DNA of 63,653 bases, counting the filler, from Actinomycetota bacterium (lineage in GTDB: Bacteria; Actinomycetota; Acidimicrobiia; IMCC26256; VFJJ01): the NCBI GenBank assembly GCA_009886115.1. It is 8 parts of 8 records of this genome, joined end to end, with 100 filler letters (N's around TTAATTAATTAA, not from the genome) between each part and the next. Parts side by side here need not be neighbours in the genome. Positions count along the whole stretch, not along the records: positions 5,449 to 22,520 come from VFJJ01000143.1; positions 22,621 to 30,283 come from VFJJ01000192.1; positions 30,384 to 35,867 come from VFJJ01000174.1; 5 more parts are not named here. The stretch is one strand, 5' to 3'. How positions within the stretch are numbered: position 1 is the stretch's first letter; every line of letters begins with the position of its first letter. The notes beneath the pieces were generated by a model. The model saw nothing but the letters and a program-made list of their open reading frames with translations, did not search any database and was not told where the DNA came from. Shown here one piece after another: positions 21,336 through 30,399 of the stretch. The translations under genes and the position numbers were made by a program.

Positions 21336-22520
21336 TCAACCGAGCGACGCCCCTTCGAGGCTCTCGACCAACGAGAAGAACTCGTCGGTGACACGGACCG
21401 GAACCCCGTCCTCGACCCGGTAGAGCAGGCCCCAGGGGTTGTAGAAGCTGGTGAACAGCGGGTTGACGAGCTTGGTCGTGGCCGTGAACGGGTGGATGGC
21501 CCCGCTCACCTCGACGTTCTCGAGCCCGGCGAGTGCCTCCATCAACGCAGCTGCGGTGACGTCGCCGTCAATGTCGAGGAGCGCCGCCTCGACGAGCTTG
21601 GCCGAGGCCCAGCTCAAGATGCCGATGGTGGTGACCTCGGCGTCGTCGTCGAACGCCGCGATGTCGGCCGCGATCTCGTCGATCACCGGATCGTCGTCGG
21701 CCGGGTTCAGCGCGATCTCGGCGGTGAGGACGCCTTCGGCGAGCTCGCCGAGCTCCTCACGCACGTCAGCCGGGAGGATGGCCCCGACGAGGATCACCTG
21801 CGCGTCGGAGCCGTTCTGGTCGATGGCGATCACCGACTGCACGACCTCGGTGGGGGTGACGCTGAGCACGATGCAGTCGGGGTCGGCGGCGGTGAGGGCC
21901 GTGACCTGGGGAGCGATGTCGACGGTGTTGCGGGCGACGGCCGCCCGGGCCACTTCCTCGGCTCCCACCAAATCGGCGCCGTACTGGACCATGTCGGCGA
22001 GGAACTCCGCACCGTCGAGATACAGCGTGCTCACCTTGGTGCACCCGGCCTCGCCGGCGGCCACGCCAAGCGCCGCGTAGCTGGCGAGCCCGGCGCTGAG
22101 CGAGAACGCACCCTCGGCGTTGGCGTCGGCGCCGCCGATGACCGGGATACCGGCCTCGGTGAGGACGGCCTGGTCCTGGCCGATCTGGCCGAAGGATGCG
22201 ATGACGATCGCCACGCCCTCGTCGACGGCTTCCCGCTGGCATTCGGTGCTCTTGTTGGCGTCGCCGGCGCTGTCGCAGTGCAGCACCTCGACGTTGGGAA
22301 GGTGGTCGAGCGCTCCCTGCACCGCAGGCACAGCCTCGGGCACGGTGAACGAGATCGTGCTGGTCTCGTCGCCGATCACCATGATCTTGAACGCCCGCTC
22401 GTCGGCCGGCGACGCATCCACGAGATCGAGCGGACCTACCTCGCCGCCGGCGAGCTCGACCTCACCGGTACCTGAGGGCGAGGCCTGTCCAGCCCACGAT
22501 CGAGCACAGATCACAACGAC
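21336..22520 (-). CDS. ABC substrate-binding protein (PBP type 1), 5' truncated
   Basis: Acidic LivJ-like fold directly upstream of the fused transporter. Confidence 0.75.
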   Translation of the reverse strand, partial: VVVICARSWAGQASPSGTGEVELAGGEVGPLDLVDASPADERAFKIMVIGDETSTISFTVPEAVPAVQGALDHLPNVEVLHCDSAGDANKSTECQREAVDEGVAIVIASFGQIGQDQAVLTEAGIPVIGGADANAEGAFSLSAGLASYAALGVAAGEAGCTKVSTLYLDGAEFLADMVQYGADLVGAEEVARAAVARNTVDIAPQVTALTAADPDCIVLSVTPTEVVQSVIAIDQNGSDAQVILVGAILPADVREELGELAEGVLTAEIALNPADDDPVIDEIAADIAAFDDDAEVTTIGILSWASAKLVEAALLDIDGDVTAAALMEALAGLENVEVSGAIHPFTATTKLVNPLFTSFYNPWGLLYRVEDGVPVRVTDEFFSLVESLEGASLG

Positions 22521-22620
22521 NNNNNNNNNNNNNNNNNNNNNNNNNNNNNNNNNNNNNNNNNNNNTTAATTAATTAANNNNNNNNNNNNNNNNNNNNNNNN
22601 NNNNNNNNNNNNNNNNNNNN

Positions 22621-23702
22621 CGCAGGAGGCTCGACAGCACATCGCCCAGGGCCCGTTGACCGTTGCCCTCGACCCCGGCGACGCCAACGATCTCGCCCGC
22701 ACCCACGACGATCGAGAGGTCGTCGAGCAATGTCTGGCCGTCGCGGGCGACGACTCTCACGTTCCGCAGCTCCAAGGGGGGATTGCCACTGACCGTGCGG
22801 ACGGGCTCGGGCGAGACCTCGTCGCGGCGTTCCGTTCCGGCCTCGCTCGGGTCACCTGGAGGCGTCAATGCCGCCGTACCTGTCGTCCCGTCGCTCGCCG
22901 CGACCAGGCCGAACGCCGCTCGTTCGGAGCGCAGCGACACCGACCGCCCGACCATGGCCCGAGCCAGCCCGGCCTCGGTGGCGTCGACCGTGGCCAGGCG
23001 CTCGACGACGCGACCCTGACGCATGATGGTGATCTCGTCGGTGGCATGCATGATCTCAGCCAGCTTGTGGCTCACCAGCGCCACGACCTTGCCCTCCACC
23101 TCGACGACCCGTCGAAGCGTCTCGAAGAGGATGTGCGACTCAGCCGGCGACAGCACCGAGGTGGGCTCGTCGAACACCAGGATCTGCGGATCGCGCCGCA
23201 GGCATTTGATGATCTCGACCCGCTGGCGCATGCCCGCCGGCAGGTCGCTCACCTTGGCTTCGGGGTCGATCTCGAGGCCGTACTGCTCGCTGATGCCGGC
23301 GACGCGTTCACGGACCTGCTTGGGGACGAGCCGTCCCACATCGCCCAGGGCCACGTTCTCCCACACCGTGAGGTGCTCGACCAGGCTGAAGTGCTGGTGC
23401 ACCATGGCGATGCCGTGTGCGGCCGCGGAAACCGGATCGTCGATGTGGACGATCTCGCCGTCGATGCGGATCTGGCCGGCGTCGGGCAGCACGAGGCCGA
23501 TGAGCACCTTCATGAGCGTCGACTTACCGGCCCCGTTCTCGCCGAGGACGCCGTGCACGCGGCCGCGTCGAAGGCTGAGGTCGACGGCGTCGCACGCCGC
23601 GACCGAGCCGAAGTGCTTGGTGATGCCGAGAAGCTCGACCGCCGGTGGAGCTGGGGGATGATGCCCAGCCTCACCGGCGATCGAGCCGAGGTCGTCGGTC
23701 AC
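22621..23702 (-). CDS. CUT2 sugar/nucleoside ABC ATPase, 3' truncated
   Basis: GENGAGKS, MVHQHFSLV, FDEPT, GVAGVEGNGQ. Confidence 0.9.
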
Positions 23703-23749
23703 AGGGACTGATGGATCTCAGGCTTGGTGGACGATGACGTCAGTGACGG

Positions 23750-24940
23750 TCACCCGCCCCCGAAGGCCTCGCCGGCGATGGCGCCGAAGTCCTCGGCGAA
23801 CTCGCCAGCGGCGATGCGCTCGTAGATGTCGTCCATCGCAGCCTGCTGCTCGTCGGTGGCGTCGCAGATCTGGGCGCCGGGCTCCGGGTCGACGCCAACC
23901 TTGAAGGCCTTGGTGTCGCCCTCGACGAAGGTGCCGGCAATGATCTCACCGATGACGGACCGCACGTAGTCGCCGCCGTCGAAGCGCACGGCGATGTCGT
24001 AGGCGAGCTCCTCACCGTCGTCGCACACGGTCGACGAGCCGGCGCTCATCGTGATGAGCCCGGCTTCCTCGGCCGCTTCCACGACCGGGCGGTGGGCCCC
24101 ACCCAGGTACGGGTACACGGCGTCGGCGCCCTCGGCGATCGCGGTCTCGAGGGCCGCCGTGGCGTTGGCGGTGTTGTCGAAGTCGAACTCGAAGTCGCCC
24201 GAGGGCACGTAGGTGAGCGTGAACTCAGGGTCGACCGAGGTGAGGCCGAACTCGAAGGCCAGCTGAGCCTGCTTCTCGAAGCCCAGCTCGCAGCAGCCGA
24301 TCATCACGACACTGTCGCCGCCGGTCTCCTGGAGCTTGAGGCCCGTGGCGTAGCCCGCTGCGTAGCCGATCTCGCCGCCGTCGTCGACGCTCTGCGACAG
24401 ACCCGGCGTCTCAGGGAACCCGGCCCCGCAGTTGCAGTACCAGAAGATCTCCGGGTACTCGACCACCAGCTCGGGGAGCGGTTCGGCGATCTCAGAAGCC
24501 CCCACGATGATCACGTCGACGCCCTGCTCGGCGAGGTCGCCGATCAGCGTCGCCGCGTCGGCGGCCTGGATGTTGTCGGCCACGATCGGCTCCTCGAACC
24601 CGTTCTCGGCCGACAGCTCCTGAGCTGCGGTCACGACGGCTTCGTAGTACGCGCCGTCGTCGGCCGGGCCCGCGGCGGCGATGCCGATGACGACCTTGCC
24701 GTCACCGTTCGTGTCGAGCGCGAGCTCCGCCTCGGCCGGCGCCGCCGTCGTGTCCGGAGCCGCCGTCGTCTCGACGGGTGCGGCAGCGGTCGTCGTCTCC
24801 TCGACCGGAGCCGCCGAGGCCGCCGTCGTGGTGCCGTCGACGGCCGGTGCTGCATCGTCGTCGTCGTCGCCACATGCGGCGACGAGCAGGCTCATCGCCG
24901 CGAGCAGCCCGAAGACGGCCCTTGCCTTGGTGTGTCTCAT
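23750..24940 (-). CDS. BMP family ABC substrate-binding lipoprotein
   Basis: LVAAC lipobox, GPADDGAYY, GYAAGY, GADAVYPYLGG. Confidence 0.85.
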   Translation of the reverse strand: MRHTKARAVFGLLAAMSLLVAACGDDDDDAAPAVDGTTTAASAAPVEETTTAAAPVETTAAPDTTAAPAEAELALDTNGDGKVVIGIAAAGPADDGAYYEAVVTAAQELSAENGFEEPIVADNIQAADAATLIGDLAEQGVDVIIVGASEIAEPLPELVVEYPEIFWYCNCGAGFPETPGLSQSVDDGGEIGYAAGYATGLKLQETGGDSVVMIGCCELGFEKQAQLAFEFGLTSVDPEFTLTYVPSGDFEFDFDNTANATAALETAIAEGADAVYPYLGGAHRPVVEAAEEAGLITMSAGSSTVCDDGEELAYDIAVRFDGGDYVRSVIGEIIAGTFVEGDTKAFKVGVDPEPGAQICDATDEQQAAMDDIYERIAAGEFAEDFGAIAGEAFGGG

Positions 24941-25022
24941 CGGTGTATCCCCCTTCGCCTGTCGCCAGGCTTGCGTTCCGAGGAGGCGAGCGCACCCTCG
25001 GTGTACCTCGGTCCCGTACCCG

Positions 25023-25044
25023 AAACTAGAACACGTTCTAGTTT
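25023..25044. promoter_or_regulatory. KstR-type operator palindrome
   Basis: AAACTAGAAC-AC-GTTCTAGTTT; core TAGAACACGTTCTA matches TnnAACnnGTTnnA. Confidence 0.7.
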
Positions 25045-25189
25045 TGGGTAGAGAACCACACTTCGTCCGATCCGTCAACACGCCGTACCGATCGGCGCTT
25101 CATCGTGGCCAACGATCGTGGTCGCTGCTTCACCCGTCCGTTTCGCCAGGATGACATCTGCTCCCGCCACGTCGTCACCGCCACCGCGG

Positions 25190-26437
25190 TCATACCCCGG
25201 GCCAGTGTCGCTTGTAGCGCTGCACCAACCAGCGGTTGAACTGCACGTGGCTCTCCTCCTGCCAGGAATACCGTCCCCGGGCCGCGAACCGGGAGTGCAA
25301 CCCCCGCTGCACCTTGGTCGTGGCATCTTGATCTTGCATCACGAACACCTGCACACCGGCGTCACTGGCCCGCAGCAGGTGCTCGAACATCGGATGCTCG
25401 ACGGTCTCCTGGGTGACCAGGTAGCCGATCTCGACATCGATCGTGTTGGCGGTCTTGGGCCGCACAAGGAAGTAGAACGCCTGATCGGGCGCCAGGCCCA
25501 AGCACAGCGTCGGCGGCACGAGAGCGAACGTGGCCCGCCAACGCTCCTCGTCGGTGAGCTTGGGGAAGATGGGGAACAGCGCCTTGTGGGTGGCGTTGAA
25601 GCCGCCGTCGATGTGGGTGAACCCGTTGTGGCGGAACACGACGTTCGACGCGTCGTCCCACGGCTCGGGGAAGACCGCCATCTCCGACGGGCAGAAGTCC
25701 TGGATGACCTGGTGCAGCTTGTTGGCGTGGTAGCCGTCGTTGAAGTTCTCGAACATCACCTTCCAGTTCCACGGCAGATCGTAGAGCGTGAAGCTGGGAA
25801 GGGCGACGGTGTTCTCGAGGTCCCAGTTGGCCAGGTACCCCTCGATGCGCCCGAGCGTGGGCCCGAGCGGCGCCGCATCGGGATCGAGGTTGGCGAACAC
25901 GAAACCCTGCCAGATCTCGACCTTGAGGTTGGGGAGACCCCACTCGGCCTTCACGAAGCCGGCCGTGCGCTCCATGGCCGGGGCGCCGAGCAGCCGGCCG
26001 TCGAGCCCGTAGATCCAGTGGTGGTAGGGGCAGGTGAAGGTGGTCGAGCTCCCCGCGCCTTCGCAGACCGTCATGCCCCGGTGCTGGCACACGGCCGAGA
26101 ACACGCGAACCACGCAGTCCTTGCCCCGGGCCACGATGAGCGGCTCGCCGGCCAGGTCGACGCAGAACCAGTCGCCCGGATTCGGGATGCGCGACGCCCG
26201 TCCGACGCAGAGCCACTCGTGGGCGAACAGCGCCTCGTCCTCGAAGGCGAGGAACTCGTCGCTGGTGTACATGACCGCCGGCAGCGTCTTGGCGGTGGCG
26301 TAGGAGTCGATCGAGTCGTCGCACGCGGCGAGCAGCTCGGGTGTGAGCACCGAGCCCGAACCCGATGCGGTGGGACTGACGGGCTGTGCCCCGGCACGGG
26401 ATTCCGAGGCGATGCCGCGGGAGTGGGTCGTGGTCAT
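25190..26437 (-). CDS. Rieske non-heme iron oxygenase alpha subunit (choline monooxygenase/CntA-like group)
   Basis: CQHRG...CPYHHW, NWKVMFENFNDGYHANKLH, QD....VQRGL. Confidence 0.9.
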   Translation of the reverse strand: MTTTHSRGIASESRAGAQPVSPTASGSGSVLTPELLAACDDSIDSYATAKTLPAVMYTSDEFLAFEDEALFAHEWLCVGRASRIPNPGDWFCVDLAGEPLIVARGKDCVVRVFSAVCQHRGMTVCEGAGSSTTFTCPYHHWIYGLDGRLLGAPAMERTAGFVKAEWGLPNLKVEIWQGFVFANLDPDAAPLGPTLGRIEGYLANWDLENTVALPSFTLYDLPWNWKVMFENFNDGYHANKLHQVIQDFCPSEMAVFPEPWDDASNVVFRHNGFTHIDGGFNATHKALFPIFPKLTDEERWRATFALVPPTLCLGLAPDQAFYFLVRPKTANTIDVEIGYLVTQETVEHPMFEHLLRASDAGVQVFVMQDQDATTKVQRGLHSRFAARGRYSWQEESHVQFNRWLVQRYKRHWPGV

Positions 26438-28020
26438 GAGGACGGGCCTCCTGCGCCTGCGGTCGAGGGCGTGCCCTGGAGCATGAACTTGCGGATCTTG
26501 CCAACGCTGGTACGGGGCAGCTCGTCGACGACGGTGATGCGCCGGGGTCGCTTCGACGGCGCCAGACGCTCGGCACACCAGGCGTGCAGCTCGTCGATGT
26601 CGATCGGCACCGGCCCGGTGACGCCGGCGCTTCCCGGGCCACCACGGCCCGGCACGGCGACGACGAACGCGATCGGAACCTCGTCTCGGATCGGGTCGGG
26701 CTCGCCCACGACGGCGGCTTCGAGCACGGACGGGTGCTCGGCCAGCACCGCTTCGACCTCCACCACCGACACGTTCTCACCGGCCACCTTGAGCACGTCG
26801 CTGCGGCGCCCGTCGAAGAAGAAGTCGCCACGCTCATCGACGTGGGCCCGATCGCCGGTGAGGAACCAGTCTCCGTCGTACGACGCTGCGGTGATCTCGG
26901 GCGCCTCGAGGTATCCGGCGAACAGCGAGACTCCGGAGGCTCCGGCCACGACCACCTCGCCCGTCTCGCCCGTGTCGCAGCGCGACCCGTCGGCCCGGTG
27001 CACCTCGACACGGCAGCCCAGGGTCACGCGGCCCATCGACTGCGGGACCGGACCGACGGAACGGTTGGTCAGCACGGCCGGGATGGTCTCGGTCATGCCG
27101 TAGAGCTGCCGGGGCTGGCAGCCCAGCAACCCGGCCAGCCTCTGGTACTGCTCGGCCGTCACGTTCTGGGCGTACCAGCAGTGGCGCAACGCGAGCCCGG
27201 GGACGGGCGTCGCTCCGCGGGCCAGGATCATCCGCATCGGCGCCGCGAACAGCGAGGCGTGGCTGGCCCCGTGACGAGCGCACTGGGACAGGAATCCCGA
27301 GGCCGAGAACGTGTGCATGAGCGCGACGCTGGCCCCCACCGAGATGGCAGCCGCGAACGAGTAGTACTGCGCATTGGCGTGGAACATCGGCAGCACCACG
27401 ATCTGCCGGTCGTGCATGGTGAGCCCGGCCGCGGCGGCCATCACGTCGCCAGCGAAGGCGTAGTTGGCCTGGGTGATCTCGACGCCCTTGGGCTGGCCCG
27501 ACGTTCCGGAGGTGAACATCACCGCGGCCCTGTCGGTGGCGGCGGGCCACGGGTGATCGGCCGCGAGGCGATGCTCGCCGAGGTGGGCGAGCGTGTCGTC
27601 GGTCTCGTCGACCTCGATGACGTTCACGCCCATTCCGGCCGCGCCCTGGTGGTACTCGGCCGCCCGAGCCGTCGAGCACACCCCCACGACGGCGCCGGTA
27701 CGGACGAGCTGGCCCCGGAGCTCGGACGCCCGGGCCTGCGGATCCGACGGCACGACGAACGCTCCGAGTCGGGTGGTTGCCAACCACAGCGCCACGAAGG
27801 CCGGGCTGTTGGCGAGCACCAGATTGACGGCCGAGCCTGCGCCGACCCCACGCTCCGCCAACCCGTGCGCGACCCGGCGTACGAGCAGATCGAACTCGGC
27901 GTAGGTCCACTCCGACACCGACTCGTCGGGCGCTTCGAAACGGAGGAACACCCGTGGCCCCAAGGCCTCGACGGCCTCGGCCCATCGGGCGGCGAACGTG
28001 GCGGTCGCGTGCTGCGTCAT
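26434..28020 (-). CDS. AMP-forming acyl-CoA ligase (CaiC-like)
   Basis: FTSGTSGQPKG, PMFHANA, YGMTET, WFLTGD, PRTSVGKI. Confidence 0.88.
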   Translation of the reverse strand: MTQHATATFAARWAEAVEALGPRVFLRFEAPDESVSEWTYAEFDLLVRRVAHGLAERGVGAGSAVNLVLANSPAFVALWLATTRLGAFVVPSDPQARASELRGQLVRTGAVVGVCSTARAAEYHQGAAGMGVNVIEVDETDDTLAHLGEHRLAADHPWPAATDRAAVMFTSGTSGQPKGVEITQANYAFAGDVMAAAAGLTMHDRQIVVLPMFHANAQYYSFAAAISVGASVALMHTFSASGFLSQCARHGASHASLFAAPMRMILARGATPVPGLALRHCWYAQNVTAEQYQRLAGLLGCQPRQLYGMTETIPAVLTNRSVGPVPQSMGRVTLGCRVEVHRADGSRCDTGETGEVVVAGASGVSLFAGYLEAPEITAASYDGDWFLTGDRAHVDERGDFFFDGRRSDVLKVAGENVSVVEVEAVLAEHPSVLEAAVVGEPDPIRDEVPIAFVVAVPGRGGPGSAGVTGPVPIDIDELHAWCAERLAPSKRPRRITVVDELPRTSVGKIRKFMLQGTPSTAGAGGPSS

Positions 28021-29663
28021 GAGCGCGCACTCCCGTAGCCGCCGCCGCCGGGCAGCTCGAGGCGCACGACGTCGCCGGGCTGGAGGGTGATCCGGGCCTG
28101 GGTCCGTACCGGTTCGCCGTTCACGAGGAAGCGTCCGGGCGCCCCCGCCTGGCCGCCCCGCAACCCCAAGGGGGCAAAGCTCATACGGGAGGTGACGGCG
28201 TTGAGCACCCACGGTTGCCGAGTGTCGACGGTGAACTCGATGACCTGGCCGAGCCCTCCCGGCTGGGCCCCCGCGCCCCCCGAGTCGGGTCGCAACTCCT
28301 TGCGCAGGAAGCGGATCGGCGCCGAGCCCTCCACCACCTCGGTGGGGACGGCCGACACGCCGGTCGGGTACGCCACCGCCGACAGCCCGGGCTTGGTGGC
28401 CCGGGCGCCCACGCCACCGGCGTAGGTGAACATCGCGGTGATGAACGGTCGACCGTCGTCGTGCGTGCCGCTCACCTGCATCGTCCACACCGCGCCGGCA
28501 CCCTCGGCGATCACCTTGTCGGGCACGACCTCGCTCAGCGCCTGGAGGATGGGCATGGGCAAGAACATGCCAACGACGTGTCGAGCCGTGCACGGAGCCG
28601 GCGACACGGCGTTGACGATCGAGCCCTCGGGAGCCTCGACCTTGATGGGCAACAGCGACCCGTAGTTGTTGGGCACCTCGGGGTTGAGCACCGAACGGAT
28701 CGTGAACGTGGTGTAGGCGTGGGTGTAGTTCTTGACCACGTTGATCCCGAAGGGACTGGCGCCCGACGATCCGGCGTAGTCGACGAGGATCTCGCCGGCG
28801 TCGGGATCGATGGTGACGGCCACCTGGATGCGGATCTCGGAGCCATCGGCCAGGTCGAGGGTCGACGCAGCCTCGTGCCGTCCCGCCGGCAGTGCCCTGA
28901 TCGCGGCCCGCGTGGCTTCCTCGGAGCGACGCACGATCTCGTCGCTCAGGGTCTCGATGTCGCTCAGCCGGTGGTGCTCGCACAGGCGCAGCAGGCGCTT
29001 GGCTCCCACCTCACCCGAAGCGATCTGCGCGTGGAGATCGCCAGCCATGTGCTGAGGCTCGCGAACGTTGGAAAGGATGAACTTCCACACGTCGGGGTTG
29101 CGCTCACCGGCGATCATCAAGCGGCAGATGGGGATCCAGATCCCCTCCTCGAACACGTCGCGGGCCCCCGCACCGATCCCGTACCCACCCACATCGGTGT
29201 GGTGGATCGTCGAGCCGAAGAACGCGATGACCCGCGGCACAGCGCCTGGCCCGGTTCCAGCCCGCTCGACGCCCGCCGGGGCCCACACGGGGCTGAGCAC
29301 GGTCACGTCGAGGAGCTGGCCGGCGGTCTTGTAGGGATCGTTGGTGATGAGCACGTCGCCGGGACGCAGCGTCTCGGGCGGGTACTCGTCGAGGATGGCC
29401 GCCGCGGCGCGAGCCAGGGAGTTGATGTGACCGGGCGTGCCGGTGACGGCCTGGGCCACCATGCGCCCCCGCCGGTCGAACACCGCGTTGGCGAGGTCGC
29501 CGGCTTCACGCACGATGGGGCTGAAGGCCGCTCGCTGCAAGGCCCGCGCCTGCTCGTTGACGGTGGAAATCAGCGAGCCCCACAGCACTTCGAGCTCGAT
29601 GCTCTCGATCGCCCGGGCCCCGGCGGCGGCGAGCCCGGTCGTGGCAGCGGTTACGGGGGTCAT
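28017..29663 (-). CDS. Hydantoinase B/oxoprolinase family protein
   Basis: AFSPIVREAGD, NDPYKTAGQLLD, HHTDVGG, PGGGGYG. Confidence 0.92.
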   Translation of the reverse strand: MTPVTAATTGLAAAGARAIESIELEVLWGSLISTVNEQARALQRAAFSPIVREAGDLANAVFDRRGRMVAQAVTGTPGHINSLARAAAAILDEYPPETLRPGDVLITNDPYKTAGQLLDVTVLSPVWAPAGVERAGTGPGAVPRVIAFFGSTIHHTDVGGYGIGAGARDVFEEGIWIPICRLMIAGERNPDVWKFILSNVREPQHMAGDLHAQIASGEVGAKRLLRLCEHHRLSDIETLSDEIVRRSEEATRAAIRALPAGRHEAASTLDLADGSEIRIQVAVTIDPDAGEILVDYAGSSGASPFGINVVKNYTHAYTTFTIRSVLNPEVPNNYGSLLPIKVEAPEGSIVNAVSPAPCTARHVVGMFLPMPILQALSEVVPDKVIAEGAGAVWTMQVSGTHDDGRPFITAMFTYAGGVGARATKPGLSAVAYPTGVSAVPTEVVEGSAPIRFLRKELRPDSGGAGAQPGGLGQVIEFTVDTRQPWVLNAVTSRMSFAPLGLRGGQAGAPGRFLVNGEPVRTQARITLQPGDVVRLELPGGGGYGSARS

Positions 29664-30283
29664 GCCGGCACCCCTTCCCAGGTGGCGATGATCGACCCGT
29701 CGAACGACACCTCGGCCCGCCAACCCGGCCTGATCACCGCGGTCGTCTCGCGCTCTTCGACCAAGGCCGGACCGGCGAACGCGTCGCCCACGGCGAGCGA
29801 CGGTCGACGGAACACGGGTGTCTCGACCGGCGGGGAGCCCCGCTGGAACCTGACGGGTCGCGTCGCGGCGGGCGTCGGCCCGCGTGAACCCGAGGCGGCA
29901 CTCGTCGCGGCGCCGACACCGTCGACCCCGTGAGCAGCGTTCGGCGAACCCGCCGCGTTCACCGTGAGCTCCGGTGCGGGCACGGAGGCTGTGACCCGCC
30001 AGGTGACGACCTCGACTGCCATGTCGGGGATGCGCAGGCCGTAGACCCGTTCGTAGGCCACCTGGAAACGCTCGGTCGTCTCGGGAAGGTCGGTCGGCCA
30101 GTCGTCGCCCTCACCCACCCAGACCGTGATCTCGTTGCCCTGCCCGTGGTAGCGGGCATCGAGCCCGTAGCGGAAGCGGATGGCGTCGACGGGCACCCCG
30201 GCGCTCGGCAGCACCCGGCGGGCCTCGGCGCGCATCTCGTCGAGCAGCGTGTCGCGCGACGCGACGACCGACTCGTTCAGCAG
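29660..30283 (-). CDS. Hydantoinase A/oxoprolinase family protein, 3' part
   Basis: DARYHGQGNEI, GPALVEERETTAVI. Confidence 0.88.
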   Translation of the reverse strand: MLNESVVASRDTLLDEMRAEARRVLPSAGVPVDAIRFRYGLDARYHGQGNEITVWVGEGDDWPTDLPETTERFQVAYERVYGLRIPDMAVEVVTWRVTASVPAPELTVNAAGSPNAAHGVDGVGAATSAASGSRGPTPAATRPVRFQRGSPPVETPVFRRPSLAVGDAFAGPALVEERETTAVIRPGWRAEVSFDGSIIATWEGVPA

Positions 30284-30399
30284 NNNNNNNNNNNNNNNNN
30301 NNNNNNNNNNNNNNNNNNNNNNNNNNNTTAATTAATTAANNNNNNNNNNNNNNNNNNNNNNNNNNNNNNNNNNNNNNNNNNNNAGCTCTTGGAGGTCGA

